Origin: Thermoproteota archaeon
Lineage (GTDB): Archaea > Thermoproteota > EX4484-205 > JAAOZP01
Reading direction: 5' to 3'
DNA length: 64,000 nucleotides
Assembly (NCBI GenBank): GCA_038867695.1
Contig: JAWBXT010000001.1
Location: 169-64,168 of the forward strand
Under the pieces are notes generated by a model. The model saw only the letters and a program-made list of their open reading frames with translations. It had not been told where the DNA came from and did not search any database. Each line of letters begins with the position of its first letter. Positions within the stretch are counted from its first letter, which is position 1. Positions 29,876-41,645 of this stretch are shown here, one piece after another. The position numbers and the translations under genes were made by a program.

Positions 29876-30202
29876 CTAAATATAATCTGAAGCCTTATAA
29901 TCTTTGCCCTGCCGGATTTCTGGAGTGCAGAATTTACTAACAGCTTTTCTTAAAGTACCGGAGACGCCTCTTATCTTAAGTCTAAGAAGAGGGTGATTTC
30001 TGGTAAGACTTTCCAAAGTCATCCTAAGAATCGGAACAGCCTTATGCGGACATTTTACGACAATAACCTTATTATAATTACGGACTATCTTAAAACTGAA
30101 ACTTGGCTGCATATTTTGAGCGTTTCTAAGAGTCTTAATTAGCGCTTCATAATCATTTGTCTCGAAAACCACATACCTCGTCTTATACTCTTTTACTGGC
30201 AT
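29876..30202 (-). CDS. RNase P subunit Pop5/Rpp14
   Basis: RYVVFE; GVSGTLRK; upstream of psmA. Confidence 0.8.
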   Translation of the reverse strand: MPVKEYKTRYVVFETNDYEALIKTLRNAQNMQPSFSFKIVRNYNKVIVVKCPHKAVPILRMTLESLTRNHPLLRLKIRGVSGTLRKAVSKFCTPEIRQGKDYKASDYI

Positions 30203-30279
30203 TTCTCCTTTCCACTACTCTTGCTAGGAGATAAACCTATATAGTGAGTAGGGGAACTGATGCTGAGTAAAAGAGAGAA

Positions 30280-32733
30280 ATGGAAGCGAGGAAGGGACTG
30301 CTACTAGTCTCCGTCTCCTATGATGGAAGCAGTAGGAGGGTTTTGCTTAAGCTTTATGATCCGGAGAATCAGGAGATGATGATTTTCCCGTCTAACGAAA
30401 ACCATCAGCCCTATTTGTTAACCGACCTAAGCATTGAAGAATTGATGAACAATCCGCAGTTAATCAATCATCACGGGTTTGAAAGGATTGAGGAGGTTAA
30501 GAAATATGATCTGCTGGAGGATAGAGAGAAGATCTTTAGGAAAATCATTGCAAAAGACCCTTTGTCGATAGGCGGATCCGCAACGTCCATAAGAGAAATA
30601 CTGGGAAGGGTTTGGGAAGCAGATATTCATTATACTTGGTGTTACATATACGATACAGATAAGAAACCAGGACTCTATTACGATATAATTGACGGTAAGC
30701 TTGTAGAAAGACGTTTAGAAACAGTGCTTGAGGATGTTGTTAAGCCTCCTGAATCCCAGTATCCCGAGATCAGGGAGTTGATTGAAATACTTAATCAACC
30801 AATACCATTCATGAAGCTTTCCTCACTCGATATAGAGGTTAAGCCTCCTGGTCCCAATCATGTTCCTGACGCTAATAAGGCGGAGGATTCGATAATATCC
30901 GTAGCCTTCAAATCAAATACAGGAGATGATAAAGTATATGTCCTCGACGATTTTGATGGAGAGGAGTATGACGGGACTAAGAAAATAATCCATGTTTCAA
31001 GCGAAGTAAACCTTTTGAGAGAAGTCTTTAAGGAACTCAAGAAATATCCGTTTTTGGTAACGTTTAACGGTGACAAATTCGACCTTCTATACCTATACAA
31101 TAGGGCTGGCAAGCTGTCGTTGGACGAAGAAGTGCCACTGGAGAAAGGAAGAGACTACGTCGACCTTGTTAACGGGGTTCACATAGACCTCTATAGGGTT
31201 TTCTTCAACAAGTCGATACAGAACTATGCATATGGAGGAGCCTATAAGGAGGCGACGCTTGATGCTATTGGAAAAGCCTTAATTGGCAAGGGTAAGGTAA
31301 CATTAACTGAAGATATCTCACTTCTGAAGCCTAGAGAGCTTGCGGAGTACTGTTTTAGAGACGCTGAGATAACTTTCGACTTAATTGCTAACAAGGACTA
31401 CCTGCTCCTAAAGCTCCTTGTACTTTTCATGAGGATAAGTAGATTACCTATGGAAGATATTGTTAGACACGGAGTCTCCACATGGATTAAAAGCATGCTT
31501 CTAAGTTTACACAGGAGGAATAACTATCTAATACCTAGGCAGGAGGATATTTTACAGCTTAAAAGCGAAAAGAAGTCTGAAGCTATTATAAAGGGCAAGA
31601 AGTACAGGGGGGCGATAGTACTCGAGCCTAAGCCGGGCTTATATTTTAACCTTGTAATACTCGACTTTGCGTCACTATATCCTAGCATAATAATGAACTT
31701 CAACATAAGCTATGAGACTGTTAGGTGTGGCCATGAAGAGTGTAAAAGCAATACTCCGATGAATTCTCCACATTGGATATGCGTGAAGAAGAGGGGGATA
31801 GAGAGCTCCATAATAGGAGCTTTAAGAGAGCTTCGGGTAAAGTATTATCAGCCTCTTTCTAAGAAGGCGGAAAACCCTGAGAAACGTGCGTTTTATGACG
31901 TTGTGCAGAGGGCGATAAAGGTCTTCATAAATGCCAGCTACGGAGTTATGGGGGCGGACACATTCCATTTCTACGCTCCTTCGGCTGCTGAAACAGTGAC
32001 GTGGATAGGCAGGGGGATATTTACCGAGCTCGTTGAAACAGCAAATAGTCTTGGCATAGAAGTTGTTTATGGAGATACCGATTCGATATTCCTCAGAAAC
32101 CCTAGGTCTCAGGAAGTGGAGAAACTCATCGAACTCATAAGGGAGAAGTATAATATTGAGCTTAATATTGATAAGGTTTACAGATACGGAGTCTTCAGTC
32201 AACGCAAGAAGAACTACCTTGGAGTTACTGAGGACGGTAACGTGGACATAAAGGGCCTTGTTGGAAAGAAGAGTTCAACGCCCAAGTTCGTAAAGCAAGC
32301 ATTCCACGATATGATCAGCATACTTAGCAAAGTTAGAAATGAAAAAGAGTTTAACACGGCCGTTTCAAGCATTAAAAGCATGATAAACGAGTACGTTGAG
32401 AAGCTTGTGAACAAGCAGCTTAGCCTTGAGGAACTTGCTTTCGACGTAATGTTAAGCAAGCCTCTAAATGACTATGAAAAAAGCACGCCGCAGCACGTTA
32501 AGGCAGCGAAACAACTTGAAAGAGAATTGGGGGTTAAGGCTAGGGCTGGCGACATAATATCTTACGTTAAGGTTAAGAATGGCGTAAAACCCGTTAAACT
32601 GGCCCGGATAGAAGAGATAGACCTTGATAAGTATCTGGAAGTTATGAAAGCTACTTTCGAACAGGTTCTTGACCCCTTGGGAATAGAGATAGAACCCCCA
32701 AGAAGAAGCCTAAAGCTTAAAGACTTCATGTAG
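30280..32733 (+). CDS. polB: Family B DNA polymerase (B1-like)
   Basis: DIE, FNGDKFD, DFASLYPS, KVFINASYG, YGDTDS, KKNYLG. Confidence 0.95.
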   Translation: MEARKGLLLVSVSYDGSSRRVLLKLYDPENQEMMIFPSNENHQPYLLTDLSIEELMNNPQLINHHGFERIEEVKKYDLLEDREKIFRKIIAKDPLSIGGSATSIREILGRVWEADIHYTWCYIYDTDKKPGLYYDIIDGKLVERRLETVLEDVVKPPESQYPEIRELIEILNQPIPFMKLSSLDIEVKPPGPNHVPDANKAEDSIISVAFKSNTGDDKVYVLDDFDGEEYDGTKKIIHVSSEVNLLREVFKELKKYPFLVTFNGDKFDLLYLYNRAGKLSLDEEVPLEKGRDYVDLVNGVHIDLYRVFFNKSIQNYAYGGAYKEATLDAIGKALIGKGKVTLTEDISLLKPRELAEYCFRDAEITFDLIANKDYLLLKLLVLFMRISRLPMEDIVRHGVSTWIKSMLLSLHRRNNYLIPRQEDILQLKSEKKSEAIIKGKKYRGAIVLEPKPGLYFNLVILDFASLYPSIIMNFNISYETVRCGHEECKSNTPMNSPHWICVKKRGIESSIIGALRELRVKYYQPLSKKAENPEKRAFYDVVQRAIKVFINASYGVMGADTFHFYAPSAAETVTWIGRGIFTELVETANSLGIEVVYGDTDSIFLRNPRSQEVEKLIELIREKYNIELNIDKVYRYGVFSQRKKNYLGVTEDGNVDIKGLVGKKSSTPKFVKQAFHDMISILSKVRNEKEFNTAVSSIKSMINEYVEKLVNKQLSLEELAFDVMLSKPLNDYEKSTPQHVKAAKQLERELGVKARAGDIISYVKVKNGVKPVKLARIEEIDLDKYLEVMKATFEQVLDPLGIEIEPPRRSLKLKDFM

Positions 32734-32756
32734 CAGAAATAAAGGGAAGAGAGATT

Positions 32757-33704
32757 ATGAGCGAGAAACCCAATGTCATAGTCGTTGGAACAGGCGGCTT
32801 TGGGAAGAACCATGTCAGAGTCCTTGCAGAACTTGGAAGCCTTGGAGGAGTATGCGACATAGATAGGGAGAAAGCCCGTACATACGGTAAACTTTACAAT
32901 GTCCCCTGTTACTTTGATGTTTCTGAAATACCGGAATACACTTATAACGGAGCAATTGTTTCAACACCCACTTCAACTCACAAGGAAGTGGCAGTACAAC
33001 TGGCATTAAAAAACGTAAAGCATCTTTTAGTTGAGAAGCCCTTCACTCCTACTTTGAAAGATGCATTTGAGCTTATTGGTTTCTTGAAAAAGAAGAATGT
33101 TAAGATCATGGTTGGGTTTATTGAGAGATTCAATCCTGCTGTAAGAATAGTCAGGAAGTACATTGAAGAAGGGGCTTTAGGCGAGATAATCATGGCCTCA
33201 GCAACGAGAGTAAGAAGATGGCCAGAGAGGATAACCGATTCAGGAGTTCTCTTAGATACTGCAATTCACGACATAGACTTGATGAGATACCTTTTCTCAG
33301 AGAACCCGATTAAAGTGTATGCTAAAATGGGAAGGTCGATGCATAGGATTCATGAGGATTATGCGACAATACTCTTAACTTTCCCAAGTGAGAGAATGGC
33401 CATAATTAAGGCAAACTGGTTAACTCCATACAAGATAAGGAGTATAGAAGTAATAGGATCTGAAGGCATGGTTGAAGCCGACTTAGTTACGCAACAAGTG
33501 ACTCTCAGTTCTAAGGATGATAGAATAACACCTTTTTCCGAGTGGAGCGAGCCCCTTCGCTACGAGTTAAAACATTTCTTAGAGTGCATAGTTAATGATG
33601 CAAACCCCACTCCTGGAGAGGAAGATGCTTTAAAGGCCCTTGAAATAATCGAGGCTAGCATTAGATCCTCTAGAACGGGGAATTCCGTAGAGATAGGTAC
33701 GTAA
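32757..33704 (+). CDS. Gfo/Idh/MocA oxidoreductase
   Basis: VGTGGFG; VEKP; ERFNP; IHDID. Confidence 0.9.
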   Translation: MSEKPNVIVVGTGGFGKNHVRVLAELGSLGGVCDIDREKARTYGKLYNVPCYFDVSEIPEYTYNGAIVSTPTSTHKEVAVQLALKNVKHLLVEKPFTPTLKDAFELIGFLKKKNVKIMVGFIERFNPAVRIVRKYIEEGALGEIIMASATRVRRWPERITDSGVLLDTAIHDIDLMRYLFSENPIKVYAKMGRSMHRIHEDYATILLTFPSERMAIIKANWLTPYKIRSIEVIGSEGMVEADLVTQQVTLSSKDDRITPFSEWSEPLRYELKHFLECIVNDANPTPGEEDALKALEIIEASIRSSRTGNSVEIGT

Positions 33705-33734
33705 CCTTTTTAAAAAAGCTGTTTAAAGAGGAGC

Positions 33735-34133
33735 GTGGCATTGAGCATCGAGGAAAGCGCTGGAAAAGCAGCTTCGATTAAAAAAACTTTTTTGAGAAAG
33801 AGGTTACTCAATTTATTTCCGGGGATAATTCTTGCACTAGCATACTTTTTAACAAGTATTAGCAGGGGAGGGGGGACATACAATCTGATTATCGCAGGAG
33901 CTCTTATAGCGATCTCTCTTTGCATACGGTTGATTTCTGAAACAATGCTTAAGAGAGTTGTAAGATGCATGTTTCTAACAGGATTAGTTATGGGGGTTGC
34001 TGGAATCTCTCCGCCGATATATTTTGCAGTCTCTCAAGGGGTAGTATCCTTAATGGATTTGACGTTTAGCATTATTTGTATAATCCTCACTGTGACAACT
34101 ATTGTTAGGGTAAAGGATTTTAACATACTGTAG
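33735..34133 (+). CDS. Hypothetical membrane protein (about 4 TM)
   Basis: Four hydrophobic segments. Confidence 0.6.
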   Translation: MALSIEESAGKAASIKKTFLRKRLLNLFPGIILALAYFLTSISRGGGTYNLIIAGALIAISLCIRLISETMLKRVVRCMFLTGLVMGVAGISPPIYFAVSQGVVSLMDLTFSIICIILTVTTIVRVKDFNIL

Positions 34134-34189
34134 AGAAAGTAATCATTGAAGCATAGAAAAGTTAATTACCACCTTGATAAATAAAATAG

Positions 34190-34672
34190 ATGTTGAATAA
34201 GGCGAACGTACTGGCAGTTGGTGTACTGTTTATAGCAATAGGCCTGTATCTCCAAACGACGTATAACATTGAAGGGCATCAGATTGGAGAATATTTAAAA
34301 ACGTTGGATGTAAACATATTCACATTGTTGGTAACGATTCTTTTTTGGGGAGGCTTAATAGTTGTAATAATTTCAATAGTAATTAGACCGAAGAGGAGAA
34401 AAATAGTTATTCCTACCGAAGCTGTTGAAGTTCCTCAGAAGGAAGAGGAGGAAGCTACATATGGAGTTGAAGAAGCTGTAGAAGCTGCGAGAGAAGAGGA
34501 ACAGTCCTACGAGGAAGCTATTAAAGAAACCTCAGAAGAGGAGCATTTTAAAGAAGAGGAGGAAGAGAAACCTAAGAAACTAGGCGAAGTAATTGGCTTC
34601 TGCCCGAGGTGTGGATCCCCAGTAACTGAAGGGATAAGATACTGCAGGAAGTGCGGCCTAAAACTGAAGTAG
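34190..34672 (+). CDS. Membrane-anchored protein with a Glu-rich linker and C-terminal zinc ribbon
   Basis: 2 TM segments, E-rich stretch, CPRC-x10-CRKC. Confidence 0.75.
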   Translation: MLNKANVLAVGVLFIAIGLYLQTTYNIEGHQIGEYLKTLDVNIFTLLVTILFWGGLIVVIISIVIRPKRRKIVIPTEAVEVPQKEEEEATYGVEEAVEAAREEEQSYEEAIKETSEEEHFKEEEEEKPKKLGEVIGFCPRCGSPVTEGIRYCRKCGLKLK

Positions 34673-34734
34673 AAAGTTTGATTCTAAGAGTTAATTTTAT
34701 AAAGGTAAAATAAAGTATCTCTTACAGTCAGAAA

Positions 34735-35796
34735 TTGGGAAGAATAAAGGTAGCGATAGCCGGGGTGGGAAATTGCGCCTCAGCCCTAATTCAGGGAGTC
34801 TATTACTATAGGGAAAGCGGCGAACAAACAGGCTTAGCCCATCCAAATGTGGGCGGATATCTTCCAGGGGACATAGAGTTTGTAGCAGCCTTCGATATCG
34901 ATCGTAGAAAGGTTGGTAAGGATTTGGGTGAAGCAATATTTGAGAAGCCAAATAATACGATCGTGTTTCAAAAGGTTCCGAAGCTCGGTGTGATGGTTAA
35001 GAAAGGCCCCGTTCTTGATGGAGTAGGCCGTTACCTAAGGGAGGTTATAAAGTTCTCTGAGGGTAAGGATATTGATGTCGTTGAAGAATTAAAGTCTTCT
35101 GGTGCAGACATATTAATAAACTATCTTCCCGTGGGAAGCGAGCAAGGCAGTCGCTTCTATGCTCAATCAGCGTTAGAAGCAGGTGTAGCATTCGTAAATG
35201 CTATGCCAACTTTCATAGCATCGTCTGAAGAATGGCAGAAAAAGTTTGAAGAAAAGAGGTTGCCGATAGCGGGCGACGATGTAATGAGCCAGCTTGGTGC
35301 AACTGTTTTACATAAGACGTTGATAAAACTGCTTGTGGACAGGGGTGTTAAGGTGGACGAGTCTTACCAGCTTAACATAGGCGGAGACACGGATTTTCTA
35401 AATATGCTGGAGCAACAGAGACTTGTTTCTAAGAGGGAAAGCAAGACCTCCGCAGTTAGGGCAATGTCCCCCTACGAGATGCCTCTTAGAATAGGCCCCA
35501 GTGATTACATACCATTTCTAGAAAATGAGAAAATATGCTACATATGGATTAAAGGTAGATACTTTGGTGGAGCACCCTTGTCAATAGACCTTAAGCTTTC
35601 AGTAATAGACTCACCGAACAGCGCAGGAGTAATAATAGATGCTTTAAGAGGAGTCAAGGTTGCTCTAGATAGAGGGATTAGCGGACCACTGATAAGCGTA
35701 TCTGCATACTGTTTTAAGCACCCTCCAATCCAGATGCCTTATGAAGAGGCTAAGAGAAGGTTTGAAGAGTTCGTAAGAGGTGAGCGTGAAAGGTAG
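34735..35796 (+). CDS. ino1: myo-inositol-1-phosphate synthase
   Basis: GVGNCASAL; NYLPVGS; GDDVMSQLGAT; SKRESKT; DSPNSAG. Confidence 0.93.
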   Translation: MGRIKVAIAGVGNCASALIQGVYYYRESGEQTGLAHPNVGGYLPGDIEFVAAFDIDRRKVGKDLGEAIFEKPNNTIVFQKVPKLGVMVKKGPVLDGVGRYLREVIKFSEGKDIDVVEELKSSGADILINYLPVGSEQGSRFYAQSALEAGVAFVNAMPTFIASSEEWQKKFEEKRLPIAGDDVMSQLGATVLHKTLIKLLVDRGVKVDESYQLNIGGDTDFLNMLEQQRLVSKRESKTSAVRAMSPYEMPLRIGPSDYIPFLENEKICYIWIKGRYFGGAPLSIDLKLSVIDSPNSAGVIIDALRGVKVALDRGISGPLISVSAYCFKHPPIQMPYEEAKRRFEEFVRGERER

Positions 35797-35803
35797 CTTC
35801 TGT

Positions 35804-36226
35804 TTAAAAGCTGATCCTAAGCTCTACAATTGCTTCAGAGCCTTCCCTCAACTTTTCAACTATTCTTCGATCTATATCTAAAGCACTCTTATTGCTTCTA
35901 ATCCCCACAGTCTTGTCGCAAATGTATGAGCTTTTCCTAAATACCATTGTACGATCATCCTTAAACGTGAGAGCAGGATTGCCGTAGCAGTAAAATTCGT
36001 CCATAAGGTTTCCAACAATTATTTTAACACTCATCTTAACGTGTTTTCTCGCCGCATTCTTAAAATCATCTGAAAGAGTTCGAGGAGACTTATCTGCGGA
36101 AACTAAGAGGAAACAGTCTCCAGTTTTTCCTACTTCAATATCTCTAGTGATTGCCAACGTAGTTGGATGAGTAGCCCCTATATTCCTATGCCCTCTCCCC
36201 CTGACTGTTTCAATTACCGTGTTCAT
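35804..36226 (-). CDS. DUF371 (MTH639-like) protein
   Basis: GHRNIGATHPTT; GDC; VFRKSSY. Confidence 0.85.
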   Translation of the reverse strand: MNTVIETVRGRGHRNIGATHPTTLAITRDIEVGKTGDCFLLVSADKSPRTLSDDFKNAARKHVKMSVKIIVGNLMDEFYCYGNPALTFKDDRTMVFRKSSYICDKTVGIRSNKSALDIDRRIVEKLREGSEAIVELRISF

Positions 36227-36278
36227 GTTGGGGGAAATAGTTTTATCTCGGATTTAAGAAATACTGTTAATAGGGATA

Positions 36279-36965
36279 ATGGGAAATAATTTAGATCAGT
36301 ACTTTGAAAAGAGGAAGAGGCTTGTTGAGCAACTTGTTGAAGAAGGGGTGATAAAATCGGAGAAGGTGAAGAATGCTATGCTGAGGGTCCCTAGACACGA
36401 ATTCGTATGGCCAGACCAGCTGAAGCATGCTTACGATGATACTCCACTACCCTTGGGAAAAACAAACCAGACAATATCTGCACCTCACATGGTTGCGTTA
36501 ATGAATGAGCTTCTTGATGTCCAAGTAGGTGATAAAATTCTTGAAGTAGGCACTGGAGGCGGATATCACGCGGCCACCCTTGCTATCCTAACCTGCCCTA
36601 ATCTTGATTCGCTAAGACCCTTAGTCTTCACGATTGAAATAAACCGTGAGTTGGTTGAATTTGCGAGGAAAAACCTCTCAAAGCTTGGATTTGACAGGGT
36701 TGTTAAAGTTATAGAGGGCGATGGGTCTAAAGGTTACTGGGAGGAGGCTCCTTACGATTGTATTTCGGTAACTGCGGCAGCACCAAAAATCCCTCAACCA
36801 CTCGTAGAGCAGTTGAAGCCAAATGGAAGAATGGTAATACCTGTTCAATCAGAGTTTTTTGAGCAGAACCTCTTTCTCGTCAGGAAAGACGAGAAAGGGA
36901 GGATAAGCACGGTTAATATGGGACCAGTAATATTCGTTCCACTTCGTGGAGAATACGGATTCTAA
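36279..36965 (+). CDS. pcm: Protein-L-isoaspartate O-methyltransferase
   Basis: VPRHEFV; QTISAPHM; LEVGTGGGY; APYD; FVPL. Confidence 0.95.
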   Translation: MGNNLDQYFEKRKRLVEQLVEEGVIKSEKVKNAMLRVPRHEFVWPDQLKHAYDDTPLPLGKTNQTISAPHMVALMNELLDVQVGDKILEVGTGGGYHAATLAILTCPNLDSLRPLVFTIEINRELVEFARKNLSKLGFDRVVKVIEGDGSKGYWEEAPYDCISVTAAAPKIPQPLVEQLKPNGRMVIPVQSEFFEQNLFLVRKDEKGRISTVNMGPVIFVPLRGEYGF

Positions 36966-36966
36966 T

Positions 36967-37989
36967 TTAAAACCATTTTGACAAGGCCCCTTCAGCAGGG
37001 CGTTTTTTCTTAACTTCCTCAATGGCCTTAGTAATCCTGTCTAGAGAGAAATCGTGTTCATCATGTAGAAATCTTACAATACCGTCTTCATCTATGTCCC
37101 TCCACTCAAGTTCACCTAATTCCTTGACTTCGGGATGTAGGAAGAACTCCTTAGCATCGTAGTATCTCTTAATCTTCGATAGGTCTTCTCCATACTTCTT
37201 GAAGATGTCTTCTAGACTTAACCCACTTCTAACGAGTTCCAGCGCCCTCTTAGGTCCGATGCCCTTTATTCCCTCAGTGTAATCGGTGCCCACTAGCAGA
37301 GCAATATCTATCAACTGTTCTCTAGTGATTGCCAGCGTCTTCAAAGTTTCGTCAAGGGAAATCTCTTCCGGATTAACTTCCACATACGCTTTCTTGCCTG
37401 GAAGCTTCCTCCTACCCGTTATCGTCAGATTTCTCACAAGCATTTTACCTCCGAAGAGGAGAGAGTCGAAATCTTGACTACCCACATAGTCTGCTACACC
37501 AGTAGCAACCATGTACGCAGCCTGTGCTTCTCCCTCCGAGGGTGCGTGTACGACGGGTATGCCCATTAGTGTAATTAGCTTCTCGGCGGAATCAATAAGG
37601 TACTTATCTAAAGTTGCAGATATCTGAGCATACCTACGAGCCTCCTCGATCCTTCCGGCTGCTAGAGCCTCCTCATATTTCTTAGAAGCTTCCTCACGTA
37701 GCATTCTTCTTCTCTCTGACTCTTCCATCTTAATCTTAGGAGGCTCGCCGTCAAAGACATAGATTGGCTTAAGACCTGCAGATAGAAAGTTGCACGTCCT
37801 ATAAAATATTCCTGAAAGATGACTTGTGACCCTTCCTTTAGAATCCATTAAAGGCCTTCCGTCAGCCCCCCTTATTATTGTCAAAAATTGGTAGAGCGTA
37901 TTATACATATCTATTGCGATCCTCTTGTTTGCAAGGTTTTCAAGCCTTGTCTCCCTAGCCGGGATTATGTCTCCCAGCTGAACGCCCAT
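36967..37989 (-). CDS. fen: Flap endonuclease 1
   Basis: MGV start; YQFL; APSEGEAQ; GTDY; C-terminal PIP-like LSKWF. Confidence 0.96.
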   Translation of the reverse strand: MGVQLGDIIPARETRLENLANKRIAIDMYNTLYQFLTIIRGADGRPLMDSKGRVTSHLSGIFYRTCNFLSAGLKPIYVFDGEPPKIKMEESERRRMLREEASKKYEEALAAGRIEEARRYAQISATLDKYLIDSAEKLITLMGIPVVHAPSEGEAQAAYMVATGVADYVGSQDFDSLLFGGKMLVRNLTITGRRKLPGKKAYVEVNPEEISLDETLKTLAITREQLIDIALLVGTDYTEGIKGIGPKRALELVRSGLSLEDIFKKYGEDLSKIKRYYDAKEFFLHPEVKELGELEWRDIDEDGIVRFLHDEHDFSLDRITKAIEEVKKKRPAEGALSKWF

Positions 37990-38042
37990 TCTAAATATAT
38001 GTGTCCCAAGATGTTATTAACGGTTTCGGGTTTAGAAGTCGT

Positions 38043-38288
38043 TCACGTACTGTGGTTAACGAGTTCTAATCTCTGGTCTTTCTTCCCTGAAGCAAAGACC
38101 CTGAGTAGGCCTCTTATTTCCATCGTCATCAGTTCCCTCTCAACTTCTGAGATGCTTACTTTCCCCACATCTTTTTCTAAACTTCTTAGCAGTTCTGAGA
38201 GCGTGATGCTTCTCTTCTTCTCGAGGATGTCGAATATATAGTTTCTAAGTGGGATTATCCTCTTGTATTCTTCAGATACTCTAACCAC
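38043..38288 (-). CDS. Small winged-helix protein
   Basis: 'ITLSELL...EVERELMTMEIRGLLRV' wHTH pattern. Confidence 0.6.
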   Translation of the reverse strand: MVRVSEEYKRIIPLRNYIFDILEKKRSITLSELLRSLEKDVGKVSISEVERELMTMEIRGLLRVFASGKKDQRLELVNHST

Positions 38289-38568
38289 CCTCTTTCCAGA
38301 CCTCCACTTTCCTAGTTACGTTTATTATTTCCATCTCAGAAACACCGTTGGTCTTTTTAATCTCCTCTTCAATCCTGTCGGAGACACCGTCTACTTCAGG
38401 AGCCTCAACGTTTATTAGAAGAATCTTCATACCAAAGAAGTACTCAGCTACTTGGTGAGCAATTATTTTGCCGCTTTTTAAATTCTCCATCAATTTCTTT
38501 AATAGACTATCTAAATCCGTTGTATTTTCGTCGGGGAAGACCCTCAGAGTGTAAACGATCTGCTTCAT
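38281..38568 (-). CDS. ef1b: Translation elongation factor 1-beta
   Basis: RVFPDE; FFGMKIL; GVSEMEI. Confidence 0.88.
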   Translation of the reverse strand: MKQIVYTLRVFPDENTTDLDSLLKKLMENLKSGKIIAHQVAEYFFGMKILLINVEAPEVDGVSDRIEEEIKKTNGVSEMEIINVTRKVEVWKEGG

Positions 38569-38596
38569 TTTTCCTCTCCTCTGCCTCCTATACTCA

Positions 38597-38709
38597 ATTC
38601 AGTTAACTTGGTTTTTAAATGCGACATCCGACAACAAGCCCTCGAAAACCTATATAAAGCTTTTCTCAACTCGGAGGAAGCTTGTTTAAAGAATTAAGTT
38701 TAACTGAAT
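38597..38709. repeat. Imperfect long inverted repeat spanning the putative EF-1beta promoter
   Basis: ATTCAGTTAA...TTAACTGAAT termini plus nested ACAAGC/GCTTGT and GAAAA/TTTTC. Confidence 0.5.
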
Positions 38710-38710
38710 C

Positions 38711-38872
38711 TCAGGGCATTATGTAGCCGCACTTCGGACATTTAACCTCTCTGGCGAACGTTCTACACTTCTCGCAACGCCATATAGTCACTTCACCGCA
38801 GTTAAAGCACGTTAACTTTACATATTTCTCGTAGGGATCTATCGGCCTGTTGCAAGACATGCATACTACCAT
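38711..38872 (-). CDS. Small zinc-finger protein (DUF1610/HVO_2753-like), below the ORF-track cutoff
   Basis: MVVCMSCNRPIDPYEKYVKLTCFNCGEVTIWRCEKCRTFAREVKCPKCGYIMP; four CxxC; upstream of EF-1beta. Confidence 0.88.
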   Translation of the reverse strand: MVVCMSCNRPIDPYEKYVKLTCFNCGEVTIWRCEKCRTFAREVKCPKCGYIMP

Positions 38873-38967
38873 TTTGCGCGGTGGATGAGACCAAGCCGTT
38901 AATAAGCTTAGCGGTATGAGAACGGATGGAAAAGCTTAAGCCGTTACTACGGTTTCTGAGAAATCTT

Positions 38968-39330
38968 ATGGGTAGCTTTAGGTTTAAACAGTGCATAGTA
39001 GTCAGGGACGATTTGAAAATGTCATTAGGAAAGACCTGTGTCCAAGTTGCACATGCAGCCGTCTCAGCAGCTGAGGAGACTCGTAGGCTTAAGCCGGAAT
39101 GGTTTAACGAATGGTTTAAAGAAGGACAGAGGAAAATCGTCCTGAGAGTTAAGTCCCTAGAGGAACTGGTTAAAATCAAGGACATGGCTTTAATCGAGGG
39201 GGTTTCTGCTTGCCTCGTTTCAGATATGGGTCTTACCGAATTACCCCCCGGTACAGTAACCTGTCTAGGCTTGGGACCGGCTCCTGAAGAATTGATGAAT
39301 AGAATTACCGGGGGCTTACCTCTCTTGTAG
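38968..39330 (+). CDS. pth2: Peptidyl-tRNA hydrolase Pth2
   Basis: KQCIVVR-DLKMSLGK-QVAHA; GQRKIVL; DMGLTE; GPAP. Confidence 0.93.
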   Translation: MGSFRFKQCIVVRDDLKMSLGKTCVQVAHAAVSAAEETRRLKPEWFNEWFKEGQRKIVLRVKSLEELVKIKDMALIEGVSACLVSDMGLTELPPGTVTCLGLGPAPEELMNRITGGLPLL

Positions 39331-39358
39331 AAAAGGGGATGCTAAGGTTTATTAGGTT

Positions 39359-40879
<1,521 letters not shown>

Positions 40880-40982
40880 AAAATTAAACGATTATAAAAA
40901 GGCAAATAGAAAAAATATCACCCTAAAAAAGCTTAAAACTTTCGGTTAATACTACTATTGTTAAAGGCAGGATAGTTGAGAA

Positions 40983-41642
40983 ATGTACCCCACAGAGACA
41001 ACGTTACGGCTTAAACGGCAACTCCTGCAAACATGCCAGGAGCTTGCAAGATATGCCGTGGACTCGGTGAGAGAAGTCCATAATCTAGTTTTGGCTTGTT
41101 TTGACGATGATATTTCGAAACTGGATGAGGCTTTGAATAACATAATTGCTCTTAAAAACAGGTCGATAGAGACCAAGAGAAATCTTTCGAATGATCTGGT
41201 TGAAGCAGGAGCAATAATGGTAAGCAGGGAGGATTTCCTGAGGTTAGCATCACCTTTAACCGGAATACCGGATCTCTGTGAGGGAATAGTATACAGGTTG
41301 AGAGAATTCTTTATGAGGAAGAAAACCGTAGAAAAGAATTTAAAGGAACATTTTAAAGAGCTAACAGTCAAGGCTCTAGATTCAGTTGTTAAAATGAGAG
41401 AAGCAATATTTACACTAGGCTTCGAGACTTCTAAAATACAGGAGTTTGCAAAAAACGTTGAAACTTGCGAAAAGGAAGTTGACAACCTTTTCAGATCACT
41501 GGAGATTAAGATAATATTTTCAAAAACTGATGTCTCTACAATACTACTCCTAAAAGATGTTGCAAACCTTATCGAAGAGGTTGTTGATAGGGCTGCAGAT
41601 GCTGCAGACGCTGCGAGAGTACTGTCTCTAAGTGTATTCTAA
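40983..41642 (+). CDS. DUF47/PhoU-like helical protein
   Basis: 'REDFLRL', 'EKEVD', 'IEEVVDRAADAAD'. Confidence 0.75.
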   Translation: MYPTETTLRLKRQLLQTCQELARYAVDSVREVHNLVLACFDDDISKLDEALNNIIALKNRSIETKRNLSNDLVEAGAIMVSREDFLRLASPLTGIPDLCEGIVYRLREFFMRKKTVEKNLKEHFKELTVKALDSVVKMREAIFTLGFETSKIQEFAKNVETCEKEVDNLFRSLEIKIIFSKTDVSTILLLKDVANLIEEVVDRAADAADAARVLSLSVF

Positions 41643-41645
41643 AAA

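Noticed and set aside
38802..39185. 127-aa minus-strand ORF
   Set aside because: Shadow of pth2; the real minus-strand gene is the zinc finger at 38711..38872 in a different frame
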